Positions 18,405-27,591 of a DNA stretch of 64,000 bases are shown piece after piece. Source of the DNA: an uncultured Acidobacteriota bacterium (GTDB taxonomy: Bacteria; Acidobacteriota; Thermoanaerobaculia; Multivoradales; SZUA-115); NCBI GenBank assembly GCA_963805975.1, contig CAWDVR010000006.1, positions 64,001-128,000 on the forward strand, written 5' to 3'. How positions within the stretch are numbered: the stretch's first letter is position 1; each line of letters opens with the position of its first letter. Position numbers and translations under genes: made by a program. The notes beneath the pieces were generated by a model. That model was given only the letters and a program-made list of their open reading frames with translations, was not told where the DNA came from and searched no databases.

Positions 18405-19820
18405 ATGTCCGGCGCTCGCCAACCAGGCTCACCGGAGCCGCTCTCCGCCGTCGACCGCGCCTGGCTGCGGATGGACGACCCCGCCAACCTGATGATGATC
18501 AGCGGCGTGCTGGTCTTCGACGGCCCGCTCGACGTCGAGCTGCTGAAGCGGGTGCTCGTGCGCCGCCTGCTGCCGGTCAAGCGCTTCGGGGAACGGGTGG
18601 TGGGGCTTGCCGCGGGGGACCCGGCCTGGCAGCGGGTGGAGGTCGATCTCGAGGCCCACGTCGAGCGCCTGGCACTGCCCGATCCCGGCGGCGACCGCGA
18701 GCTCGAGGCGACGGTCTCCGGCCTCATGAGCCGGCCGCTCGACCCCGAGCGCCCGCTGTGGTGCTTCCACGTGATCGACAACTACCGGGGCGGCTCGGCC
18801 CTGGTGGGCCGCATCCACCACGCGATCGGCGACGGTATCGCGCTGGTGCTGGTGCTGTTGTCGCTCGCCGACCGCTCGCCGGAGCTCGCCACGGCGGCGG
18901 TCGAGAACGAGCACGGGGCCTCGCTCAACCCTTTCACCGCGCTCTTCACCCACAGCGACCATGATCCCGCCGAGGTGCGGGCGGCAGCCGAGGATCTGAT
19001 GCCGGAAGGCATGAGGCTCCTGCTCAAGCCGGCCGAGGCCCTGGCGAAGACCAGCGCCTGGGCCCGGGGCCTGGGCTCCGCCGAGGCCCTGTCCCGCCTC
19101 ACGGCCCGCTGGCCGGACCCCAAGACCGCGTTCAAGGGCCCGCTCGGCGTTGCCAAGCGGGCTGCCTGGTCCCCCGCGATCCCTCTCGACGAAGTGCGCG
19201 AGGCCGCGGCACGACTGGGCGCCACGGTGAACGACGTGCTGCTCACCGCCGCCGCCGGAGGGCTCCATCGCTACCTGGCACGGCGCGGCGCCGTGGCGCG
19301 GAGCTTGAGCTTCCGCGCCGCGGTGCCGGTGAACCTGCGCTCGCTCGAAAAGATGGCCGATCTCGGCAACCAGTTCGGGCTGGTGTTCCTGTCGCTGCCG
19401 GTAGGGATCGCGGATCCGTGGGCGCGGCTCACCGAGCTCAAGCGCCGCATGCAGGCCCTCAAGCGATCGGCCGAGCCGCTGGTGACCTTTCGCGTCCTCG
19501 AGGCCCTGGGCAGGGTGCCGCTCGCCGTACAACAAGCCGTGGTCAAGATCCTCGCCACCAAGGCCACGGCGGTCGCCACCAGCGTGCCGGGGCCGCGCCA
19601 TCGCCTCTACCTGGCCGGCCGCGCGATCCAGGACATCTTCTTCTGGGTGCCCCAGGCCGGCCGCGTCGGCCTGGGGATCAGCATCCTCTCCTACGCCGGC
19701 CGGGTGCGGCTCGGAGTGGGCACGGACGCCGGCCTGGTGCCCGACCCCGAGACGATCGTGGACGGCTTCATGGCCGAGCTGGATGCACTGCGAGAGTGCC
19801 GCCCGGGCGCGGCGGCCTGA
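18405..19820 (+). CDS. Wax ester synthase/diacylglycerol acyltransferase (WS/DGAT)
   Basis: HHAIGDG catalytic motif, RPLW, TVNDV, VPVNLR, LGN, VPGP, ILSYAG. Confidence 0.93.
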   Translation: MSGARQPGSPEPLSAVDRAWLRMDDPANLMMISGVLVFDGPLDVELLKRVLVRRLLPVKRFGERVVGLAAGDPAWQRVEVDLEAHVERLALPDPGGDRELEATVSGLMSRPLDPERPLWCFHVIDNYRGGSALVGRIHHAIGDGIALVLVLLSLADRSPELATAAVENEHGASLNPFTALFTHSDHDPAEVRAAAEDLMPEGMRLLLKPAEALAKTSAWARGLGSAEALSRLTARWPDPKTAFKGPLGVAKRAAWSPAIPLDEVREAAARLGATVNDVLLTAAAGGLHRYLARRGAVARSLSFRAAVPVNLRSLEKMADLGNQFGLVFLSLPVGIADPWARLTELKRRMQALKRSAEPLVTFRVLEALGRVPLAVQQAVVKILATKATAVATSVPGPRHRLYLAGRAIQDIFFWVPQAGRVGLGISILSYAGRVRLGVGTDAGLVPDPETIVDGFMAELDALRECRPGAAA

Positions 19821-19881
19821 CTCGAGAGGCTCGGGCTCGGCTGCTAGACTGCCGGCTCCCAACATAGACAGGAGAATCGAC

Positions 19882-20409
19882 ATGAAGAGAACACTATTTT
19901 TGCTTGGCCTGCTGACGCTGTTCTGCCTGACCCCGGCGGCTGCGCACGAAGAGAGCACGGAAGTGGCCGGCTTCAAGGCATCTCTGATCGAGAGCCTGAA
20001 CGACGCCGAAACCAAGGTCCTGGCGCTGGCGGAGGCCACGCCCCAGGACAAGTACGGCTGGAAGCCGGGTGAAGGCGTGAGGAGCACCAGCCAGGTCTAC
20101 ATGCACGTGGCGGGCGGGAACTACTACCTGTCCGGCCTGGCCGGCGGCCCGAAGCCCGAGAGCGTGCCGGCGGAGCTCGAGAAGATCGCCGACAAGGCGC
20201 AGGTGGCGGCCACGGTGAAGGCCTCCTTCGCCCATGCCCGCAAGACGATCGACCAGGCGACCGATCTGGACGCGAAGGTCAAGGCGCCGTGGGGCGAGAT
20301 GAGCCGCCGCTCGATCCTGCTGGTGCTCGCCACCCACGCCCACGAGCACCTGGGCCAGGCCATCGCCTACGCGCGGTCGTCGGGTATCGTGCCGCCGTGG
20401 AGTGAGTAG
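19882..20409 (+). CDS. Exported DinB-family protein
   Basis: AGGAG RBS; signal peptide; WKPGEGVRS..H, HAHEHLGQ, GIVPPWS. Confidence 0.85.
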   Translation: MKRTLFLLGLLTLFCLTPAAAHEESTEVAGFKASLIESLNDAETKVLALAEATPQDKYGWKPGEGVRSTSQVYMHVAGGNYYLSGLAGGPKPESVPAELEKIADKAQVAATVKASFAHARKTIDQATDLDAKVKAPWGEMSRRSILLVLATHAHEHLGQAIAYARSSGIVPPWSE

Positions 20410-20431
20410 GAGAGCTGAGCTTTCCGCCGAG

Positions 20432-20610
20432 CGCCCCTCACCCCAGCCCTCTCCCCGCTCGCGCGGGGCGAGGGGGCCGGACTTGATTCGGGAGCGCTTC
20501 CAGTTAGCACAGCCCAGCGGGGCTCGACCGGCCCCCTGAAACACCCGGAGGGCACACCCTTCTGACTCCCTCGCCCCGCGTGAGCGGGGAGAGGGCTGGG
20601 GTGAGGGGCG
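20432..20610. repeat. Inverted pair of 45-bp REP-like elements between convergent genes
   Basis: 20432-20476 CGCCCCTCACCCCAGCCCTCTCCCCGCTCGCGCGGGGCGAGGGGG and its reverse complement at 20566-20610 (2 mismatches); each has an internal hairpin. Confidence 0.85.
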
Positions 20611-22059
20611 TCAGTACGCGTTCTGCCGCAGGTCCGACAAGAACGTCACCACGGTCATCCACAGGATCTTGAGGTCGAGGCCCAGCGACCAGTTCTCGAT
20701 GTAGTAGAGGTCGTACTGGAGCCGCTTCTTGATCGAGGTGTTGCCGCGCCAGCCGTGGACCTGCGCCCAGCCGGTGATGCCGGCCTTGACGCGGTGGCGG
20801 AGCATGTACTGCGGGATCTTGTGCTTGAACTCGCGCACGAAGGCCGGCCGCTCGGGGCGCGGGCCGATGATCGACATGTCGCCCTTGAGCACGTTCCAGA
20901 CCTGCGGCAGCTCGTCGAACGACCAGTGGCGCAGGAACGTGCCGATCCGGGTGCGGCGGGGGTCGTCGCGCACCGCCCACACCGGCCCGCTGGTCGACTC
21001 GGCGTCGGAGCGCATGGAGCGCAGCTTCCAGATCATGAAGGGCTTGCCGTCGAGGCCCATGCGCTCCTGACGGTAGAAGATCGGCCCGCGGTCCTCGATC
21101 CAGATGGCGAGGGCGAGGAAAGGGAACACGGGCAGCATGATGGCCAGGGCGATGACGGAGAGCACGATGTCCATCGCCCGCTTGACCAGCGTGCTCCAGC
21201 CCTGGAGCGGCACCTGCGAGAGGTTGATCATCGGCGTGCCGTCGAGGTCCTCGAGCGTCGCCTTCAGGGTGGCGTACTGGAGGATGTCCGGCACCAGCTT
21301 GATCTCGACGCACTCGCGCCCCATCTGGCGCAAGAGGCGCATCATCTTGCGGTGCGCGTCGAGCGGCAGGGCGATCACCACCTGGTCCACGTCGTGGGCC
21401 GCGAGCACCTCGTCCACCTGCCGCAGGCTGGCGAGGACCGGCGCTCCCTCGAAGCTCTTGCCGGCCTTGCCGGGGTCGTCGTCGAGGTAGCCCACCACCC
21501 GGTAGCCGAGCTCCTTGTGGAGCTGGATCTTCCCCGCCACCTCGCGGCCCAGGGCGCCGGCGCCCACGATCAGGATGCGCTCGAGGCCGATGCCCTGGCG
21601 CCGCCGGTGGCGTAGCAGGCCGCGGATCACGGCCCGGGCCAGGATCACCGACAGCAGGGTGAGCAGGGCGAAGAAGGCGAGGAAGACGCGGCTGTAGGTG
21701 AAGTACTCGGTGGTGCCGTCCGGCCGCAGGGCGCCCGCCAGGCGCACCCAGTAGGTGAGCCCGGAGAGCAGCACGGTGGCGAGCACCACCGCCATCAGGA
21801 TGTTGAGCGCCTCGTCGACGCGGCTCTTCCCTCGGCCGGCCTGGTAGAGCCCGTGGAAGTAGAAGACCACCGGCCACAGCAGCAGCACGATGGGGATGAG
21901 CTGGAGGTAGCGGTCGATCTCGGACGGCGGGTTCTTGGTCAGCGGGATGAGCTGCAGCTCGAAGCGCAGGAACCAGGCCGCCACGTACGCGCCCAGGATC
22001 GCCAGCAGGTCCCCGGCGAAGTAGATGCCGGCGCTCCAGCGGTGGCGTTGTTGCAACAT
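20611..22059 (-). CDS. wcaJ: Undecaprenyl-phosphate glucose phosphotransferase
   Basis: N-terminal TMs, Rossmann-like LIVGAG, KRAMD, DDPRRT, DELPQ, GPRPERP, GITGWAQV, DLYYIENWS. Confidence 0.92.
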   Translation of the reverse strand: MLQQRHRWSAGIYFAGDLLAILGAYVAAWFLRFELQLIPLTKNPPSEIDRYLQLIPIVLLLWPVVFYFHGLYQAGRGKSRVDEALNILMAVVLATVLLSGLTYWVRLAGALRPDGTTEYFTYSRVFLAFFALLTLLSVILARAVIRGLLRHRRRQGIGLERILIVGAGALGREVAGKIQLHKELGYRVVGYLDDDPGKAGKSFEGAPVLASLRQVDEVLAAHDVDQVVIALPLDAHRKMMRLLRQMGRECVEIKLVPDILQYATLKATLEDLDGTPMINLSQVPLQGWSTLVKRAMDIVLSVIALAIMLPVFPFLALAIWIEDRGPIFYRQERMGLDGKPFMIWKLRSMRSDAESTSGPVWAVRDDPRRTRIGTFLRHWSFDELPQVWNVLKGDMSIIGPRPERPAFVREFKHKIPQYMLRHRVKAGITGWAQVHGWRGNTSIKKRLQYDLYYIENWSLGLDLKILWMTVVTFLSDLRQNAY

Positions 22060-22072
22060 GGACGGTTTGACC

Positions 22073-23176
22073 TCAGGCGGTCTCGCGTGCCTCGAGCACG
22101 GACCGGAAGCGAGCGAGGAAGCTCATGGTCGAGAAGGACTCGGCTCTCGTACGGAGATCCTCGGTATTGAAGCGAATCTGGCGCCGCCTGTCAATCGCCG
22201 CCGCCAGCGCCCCGGCGCTCGGCTCGGCGTAGAGCACGCCGTGGCGGCCGTCCTCGACCACGTCGAGCACCCCCCCCCGGCCCAGGGCGACGACCGGAGT
22301 GCCGCAGGCCAGCGCCTCGACGGGGGCGATCCCGAAGTCCTCGACCCCGGGTTGCAGGACACACAGGGCGCTGCGGTAGAGATCGCGCAATTTTTGTCGA
22401 TCGACGCGGCCGAGGAGGCGGGCGTCACCGCCTTCGAACCGCCGAAGTTTAGCCGATTGCGGACCGGTCCCGACCACGTAGAGGGCCAGGCCGAGCTGGC
22501 GGCAGGCCTCGAAGGCGAGCTCCAGGCGCTTGTACGGCGCGAGGGCCGCCACCGCCAGGCAGTAGGGCTTCGACCCGCCCGGATCCTGGGTCTCGCCGGG
22601 TGCCGGCGTGAAGAACTCCGTATCCACGGGCGGCGCCAGCACTTCCGCGTGCCGCCGGTAGTAGCTCCGGATGCGCTCGGCCACGAAGCGCGAGTTGGCG
22701 AGGAAGCGATCGACCCGCGCCGCGGAGGCCACGTCCCAGGCCCGCAGGCGGGTGAGCGCCAGGCCCCGGAGCCGGGCCACCAGCCCACGCCGGCGGGGGA
22801 AGTAGGCGTGCTCCTGGTCCCAGGCGTAGCGCATCGGGCTGTGGCAGTAGCAGAGGTGGAAGGCGCCGGGGGCCGGGATGACGCCCTTGGCCACACAGTG
22901 GCTCGAGCTCACCACGGTGTCGAAGCCGGCGAGGTCGAAGTCCTCGATCGCCGACGGGAAGAGCGGGAGGTAGCGGGGGTAGTGCTTTTTCACTCCCGGC
23001 GCGTGCTGTACGAAGCTGGTGCGGATGGGGTGGGCCTCGAGCGCCGGGCTCACGCTTCCGGGCACGTGGAGCAGGGTGTAGATCGGCGCCTCCGGGACCA
23101 GGCCGGCGATGGCCTCGAGGACCATCTCGCCGCCCCGCATGCCGGTCAGCCAGTCGTGGATGAGCGCCGTTGCCAT
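22073..23176 (-). CDS. GT4 glycosyltransferase
   Basis: HDWLTGMRGGE, YCHSPMRYAW, EDFGIAPVEALACG. Confidence 0.9.
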   Translation of the reverse strand: MATALIHDWLTGMRGGEMVLEAIAGLVPEAPIYTLLHVPGSVSPALEAHPIRTSFVQHAPGVKKHYPRYLPLFPSAIEDFDLAGFDTVVSSSHCVAKGVIPAPGAFHLCYCHSPMRYAWDQEHAYFPRRRGLVARLRGLALTRLRAWDVASAARVDRFLANSRFVAERIRSYYRRHAEVLAPPVDTEFFTPAPGETQDPGGSKPYCLAVAALAPYKRLELAFEACRQLGLALYVVGTGPQSAKLRRFEGGDARLLGRVDRQKLRDLYRSALCVLQPGVEDFGIAPVEALACGTPVVALGRGGVLDVVEDGRHGVLYAEPSAGALAAAIDRRRQIRFNTEDLRTRAESFSTMSFLARFRSVLEARETA

Positions 23177-23190
23177 GACCGCGGTCCGTC

Positions 23191-24327
23191 TCAGCCGGGC
23201 TCGGCAGCCGGCTCGCCCAGCGCCTGCCGGTAGACGGCGAGGGTGGCGGCGGCGGCGCTCCGCCACTGGAAAGCTTCGGCACGGCGCCGGCCGAGGCCGG
23301 CCAGGGCCTCGCGTCTCTCCGGGTCGGTCATGCACAGTGCGATCGCCTCCCCCATGCCCGCGACATCGAGAGGGTCCACCAGATACGCGTAACCCTCGGC
23401 GATCTCTTTCAAGGCCGAGGTGTTGGAGGTGATGACGGCCACCCCGGAGGCCATGGCCTCTACCACCGGCAGGCCAAAGCCCTCGTAGAGGGTGGGGTAG
23501 AGGAAGAGGTCGGCGCCCTGGTAGAGCGCCGGCAGCTGATCCTGGCCCACTTCGCCGAGCAGCACCACGGAGTCCCCCAGGCCGAGCTGCTCGGCCCGCT
23601 GGCGGATCTTGAACTCCATTCCCTGGCGCCCGCCGACGCAGACCAGCGGCGCGGTGAAGCTCCGCAGGCTCCGCGCGTGGGCGTAGGCCTTGACCACGTT
23701 GTCGAGGTTCTTGTGCGGCTTGGGGTTGCCGACGAAGAGGGCGTAGCCCCGGGTGAGCCCCAGGCGCTCGAGCCGGCGGTCGACCTCGGCGGTGGGCAGG
23801 CTTTGGCGGAACACCTCCTCGACCCCGTTGTAGACCACCTCGATCTTCTTGCCGTCGAGCTGGAAGTAGTCCATCAGGTCGTGCTTGGTGTTCTGCGACA
23901 CGGTGATGATGCGGTCGCCGCGCGCCAGGGTGTGCCGGATCATGCGCTGCGCGTAGAGGAACGCCAGGCGGCTGGGCAGGAAGTCCGGGTAGAGCAGGTG
24001 GATGATGTCGTGGATGGTCGCCACCACCTTGCAGGGCACCACCGCCGGCAGCACGTAGTGGGTCGAGTGGTAGAGGTCGAGCCGCAGCCGGAAGAGCTTC
24101 CAGGAGAGGGTCGCGAGCTCGGCCAGCGAGTAGACCCTGGAGCGCTCGACCACCACCTCGAAATTGGCCGGCAGGTCGGAGAAAGAGTCGCGGCCCTCGC
24201 GGCTAGTCAGGAGCAGATAGCGGTTCTCGGCGTCCAGCTCGGCCAGCGCGCCGACCAGATTGCGGATGTAGGTGCCGATGCCGAAGTCGTGGACCTTGCG
24301 CGCGTCGATGCCGATGGTGTGGGTCAA
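23191..24327 (-). CDS. GT4 glycosyltransferase (MtfB-like)
   Basis: IGIDAR, GIGTY, TIHD, KPHKN, YEGFGLPVVEAMASG; TTG start inferred. Confidence 0.9.
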   Translation of the reverse strand: MTHTIGIDARKVHDFGIGTYIRNLVGALAELDAENRYLLLTSREGRDSFSDLPANFEVVVERSRVYSLAELATLSWKLFRLRLDLYHSTHYVLPAVVPCKVVATIHDIIHLLYPDFLPSRLAFLYAQRMIRHTLARGDRIITVSQNTKHDLMDYFQLDGKKIEVVYNGVEEVFRQSLPTAEVDRRLERLGLTRGYALFVGNPKPHKNLDNVVKAYAHARSLRSFTAPLVCVGGRQGMEFKIRQRAEQLGLGDSVVLLGEVGQDQLPALYQGADLFLYPTLYEGFGLPVVEAMASGVAVITSNTSALKEIAEGYAYLVDPLDVAGMGEAIALCMTDPERREALAGLGRRRAEAFQWRSAAAATLAVYRQALGEPAAEPG

Positions 24328-24369
24328 GGGGAGTCTCGGGTGACGGGCTGGCACGATCCGCCGGGCCAG

Positions 24370-24393
24370 CTCCTTCGCTACGCTCAGGATGAC
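24370..24393. repeat. Short REP-like element CTCCTTCGCTACGCTCAGGATGAC
   Basis: Intergenic; second related copy GATCCTGCGCTGCGCTCAGGATGAC at 43721-43745. Confidence 0.65.
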
Positions 24394-24404
24394 GTTCGGG
24401 CGAA

Positions 24405-25550
24405 TCAGCCGCTGATTCTAGCCTGCGGCGCCAGGGCCTCGGCGAATACCACCTCCATCTTGTCGGCCGCGGCCTCCCAGGTGAAGCGACGGCTGCGCTC
24501 GAGGCCCCGCCAGCCGAGCCTCGCCGCCACCTCGGGATCGGCCAGCAGGTGGCGGAGCGCGCCGGCGAGAGCGCCGGCATCCCACGGCGGCACCAGCAGG
24601 CCGGCGTCGCCCACCACCTCCGGCAGGCTCGAGGCGTCCGCGGCCACCACCGGCACGCCGCAGGCCATGGCCTCGGCCGGAGGCAGACCGAAGCCCTCGT
24701 ACAGCGAGGGGTAGACGAAGACGCTCGCGGCTTGCATCACCTCCACCAGGCGGCCGCGCTCGAGCCGGCCGAGCAGGCGGACGCCGGCCGGCGCCAGCGC
24801 CTCGGCACGGGCCAGCAGGTCGCGGCTCCGCCAGCCGTAGGGACCGGCCAGGAGCAGCGGCGGCAGCTCCTCCGGCGAGTCCCTGTAGAGCGCCTCCCAG
24901 GCCGCGAGCAGCAGCGCGAGGTTCTTGCGTGGCTCGAGCGTGCCGGTGTAGAGGACGTAGCCTCGCGGGCAGCCGAGCGAGGCGCGGGTGGAGGCGACGG
25001 CCGCCTCGCCCGCCGGGCGGAACTCCGGGTCGATGCCGTTGTGCACCACCCGCACCCGCTCCGCGCACTGCGGAAAGTGGAAACGGAGGTCCGCTGCCGT
25101 GGCCTCGGAGATCGCCACCACCCGTTCCGCCCGCTCCAGCGTGCGCTGGAGGAATGGAAGCTGGGACAGGCGCACCTTGAGGCCGTGCGTCTCGGGCAGC
25201 AGCACCACGGTCAGATCGTGGACGGTGACCACCGAGGGCACCGGGCAACCCCAGGGCAGGATGCCGAGCGGCGACCAGAAGAGATCGACGTCACCGCGCC
25301 GGAGGCGGCGCGGAAGCTGCCACTGCTGCCAGAGCGTGCCGAGCGGCGCCGGCTGCTGCTCGAAGGCGACACCGAGCGCCGCGAGGTCCTCGGCCTCGCG
25401 CGGCGGCCGGTGCGAGAGACCGAGATAGCGGGCGCCTCCACGCTCGGCGAGGACGCGGAGCAGCGACCGCGTGTAGACGCCGATGCCGGTAGCCTCCGGC
25501 ACCAGCGCCCGCAGGTCGACGGCGATGTGGGGAAGTCCTCCGGCCGGCAT
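24405..25550 (-). CDS. GT4 glycosyltransferase (MtfB-like)
   Basis: GIGVY, TVHD, GTLEPRKN, YEGFGLPPAEAMACG; start MPAGG with TACAAT -10 just upstream. Confidence 0.9.
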   Translation of the reverse strand: MPAGGLPHIAVDLRALVPEATGIGVYTRSLLRVLAERGGARYLGLSHRPPREAEDLAALGVAFEQQPAPLGTLWQQWQLPRRLRRGDVDLFWSPLGILPWGCPVPSVVTVHDLTVVLLPETHGLKVRLSQLPFLQRTLERAERVVAISEATAADLRFHFPQCAERVRVVHNGIDPEFRPAGEAAVASTRASLGCPRGYVLYTGTLEPRKNLALLLAAWEALYRDSPEELPPLLLAGPYGWRSRDLLARAEALAPAGVRLLGRLERGRLVEVMQAASVFVYPSLYEGFGLPPAEAMACGVPVVAADASSLPEVVGDAGLLVPPWDAGALAGALRHLLADPEVAARLGWRGLERSRRFTWEAAADKMEVVFAEALAPQARISG

Positions 25551-25600
25551 GGCGGCCGATTGTAGCGGTGACCGTCCGAACGTGGCAGCCCGGCGGCCCC

Positions 25601-26060
25601 TCAGCGGTTCAGCGGACGCTCGTTGATCCAGTGGAAGCCGCGCGTGACGAGCGGGAACTCGGGCGGCTCGGTCAGGCGGAGCCGCGCCCTCACCTCGTGC
25701 CCGTCGAGCGGCCCCTCCACGTAGAGAACGTCTGGTTGCAACAAGCTGTAGCCGAGAGTGGTAGAGGATGAACACGGCCGCGCAAGCTGCCGCGGTGCGG
25801 GCGAGCCATCTCCTCCGGAAGAGTGAGCGGACCTCCTCGGGCTCGGCTGGGCGGTTGAGCACCAGCAGGTTGGCGAGGCGCCGCAGGTCGTGAGCCGCCA
25901 GGAAGACCGCCATCAGCAGCAGGTGCGTGGAGTAGAGCTTGACCGGCACGTCATAGCTGAAGTTGAGCATCACCACGTTGCTCATCACGCCGATCGAGAC
26001 CAGTGCGCCGAGCAGAGTGGTCCGGCGGACGGTCAGGAGCAGCCCACCGACCAGCTCGCG
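25601..26060 (-). pseudogene. Remnant of a DoxX-like membrane protein (5' truncated, internal deletion/frameshift)
   Basis: GGLLL..RRTTLLGAL..NVVMLNFSYDVPVKLYS segment, then in another frame the family-type C-terminus FPLVTRGFHWINERPLNR*. Confidence 0.7.
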
Positions 26061-26126
26061 ATGCCTCCGTAGCACGCCAGGATGCGGAGTGAAGTCCGGC
26101 CCGGATCTTAACTTCGGCTGTGCTCG

Positions 26127-26708
26127 CTAGACTCGCTGCCAGCTCATGATCCAGTTCTGCTCCCAGGTCTTGCCGCCGTCGGCCGAGACGGCCTGGCGCC
26201 AGCGGCAGGAGCTGGGAGTGATCAGGTCCCAAACTCCGACCGACTTCATGGTCCGGCCGTTCTCTTCGTAGTCGGAAGCGAAAATGCCGGCGCCGTTCTC
26301 GAAGCTCCCGGTCTGGCCGGGAGCGGTCAGGACTCCGCTCTTCGCGTTGACCCAGAAATCCGACCAGACGTGGCTCTCGACGTCGAGGAGGCGGAGGCCC
26401 AGGCCGCTGAAAGACCGCGCCGGGATGCGCAGCTCCTCGACGCTGCCGACGCCGCCGAGGATGGTCCAGCAGGTGGCCTCGCCCTCGAAGCGTTTCCACT
26501 CCGTCGCACCCGGCGCCCGCTGGAGGTGCGCGATCCGCCATTCGCCGACGAGGAAGTTGAAGTCGCCCGGCTTGCCGGGCGTGGGCTTCACGGGCAACGG
26601 CGGAATGGGATCGAGGGTCGGGCCTTCGGCCCTGATCGGGAACGGGAACAACGCCGTGGCACCGATGGCGACCGCGGCCTGGAGCAGGGCGCGTCTCTGT
26701 TCGTCCAT
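26127..26708 (-). CDS. Tat-exported hypothetical protein (DUF1579-like beta protein)
   Basis: QRRALL twin-arginine signal; DFNFLVGEW, WRQAVSADGGKTWEQNWIM; AAGGA RBS. Confidence 0.75.
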   Translation of the reverse strand: MDEQRRALLQAAVAIGATALFPFPIRAEGPTLDPIPPLPVKPTPGKPGDFNFLVGEWRIAHLQRAPGATEWKRFEGEATCWTILGGVGSVEELRIPARSFSGLGLRLLDVESHVWSDFWVNAKSGVLTAPGQTGSFENGAGIFASDYEENGRTMKSVGVWDLITPSSCRWRQAVSADGGKTWEQNWIMSWQRV

Positions 26709-26740
26709 GAGGTTTTCCTTTCGTGAAACGGATGTGGCGC

Positions 26741-27526
26741 TCAGCGGAGGGCGGAGCGCGGAGTCGGCTGCAGCCGGCAAGTCTCGACGGGTCCCTCGAG
26801 CCTTCGGGAGGTCTCGGCCTCGAGCGCGCGCCACTCGCGCGAGGCGGCTCGAGCGTCCGCGGCGGCGCGCTGCGCCTGCTTGTTGTCGAATCGGCGCAGA
26901 GCGACGAAGCAGGTGCCGCCGCGCACCGGGCGCTTGGGATCGGTCTTCATGCCGGGCCGCGTGACGAGAGCGCCGACGGCCGCGCCGCCGAACGTCTCGA
27001 GGAGGGGTGCGATCTCACCGCCGTGGAAGGCCATGAACTGATCGGCGCGGCCGGGAGGAAGGTCGTGGATCGAGACCTCGAAGACCGACGTTTCGACGCC
27101 GGCAGCTCCCGCCGGCGGACGCGGCGGCGGGCTCGCCAAGACCTCGCCGGAAGCCCACCCGAGCAGACGGGCGTCGCTCACGTCGGCGATCGTGGCGTTG
27201 CAGGCGTCGGCGCGCGAGAGCCAGGTCTCGGCGGTGTAGAAGCCCTGGAGCGCGGCCTCGCGTGTTTGGAGGTCTCCGAAGGCGCGGATCCAGACCCAGC
27301 GATCCGGGTCGTCGAGATGGCGGAACGTGCCGAGAATCAGCGCGCCCGCGCGCTCGTAGGCGTCGAGGAAATGCTCCTCGAACATCGTGATGAGCTCGTC
27401 GCGGCGGCCCGGCTGCGTCGCGTAGCTGCGCAGCTCGAAGACCGAGAGGCGGGAGGCCGCGCGTGCCACGCGCGCCAGGGCCGGGGCGAGAGCGGCGCTG
27501 ATGAGCAAGGTCCGTCGGGTCATCAT
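26741..27526 (-). CDS. NIPSNAP-family protein with Tat-like signal
   Basis: TRRTLL signal; FELRSYATQPGRRD, DRWVWIRAF, LQPTPRSALR C-terminus. Confidence 0.8.
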   Translation of the reverse strand: MMTRRTLLISAALAPALARVARAASRLSVFELRSYATQPGRRDELITMFEEHFLDAYERAGALILGTFRHLDDPDRWVWIRAFGDLQTREAALQGFYTAETWLSRADACNATIADVSDARLLGWASGEVLASPPPRPPAGAAGVETSVFEVSIHDLPPGRADQFMAFHGGEIAPLLETFGGAAVGALVTRPGMKTDPKRPVRGGTCFVALRRFDNKQAQRAAADARAASREWRALEAETSRRLEGPVETCRLQPTPRSALR

Positions 27527-27545
27527 GAAATTGACTCTACGGCGC

Positions 27546-27572
27546 AAACCCTGACACCCTGTGGCAAGGTTT
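27546..27572. promoter_or_regulatory. Imperfect palindrome, candidate WYL-regulator operator
   Basis: AAACC-CTGACA-CCCTG-TGGCAA-GGTTT in the 65-bp divergent gap between NIPSNAP and the WYL gene. Confidence 0.55.
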
Positions 27573-27591
27573 CCCAAGCCGTCTCGAGAGC

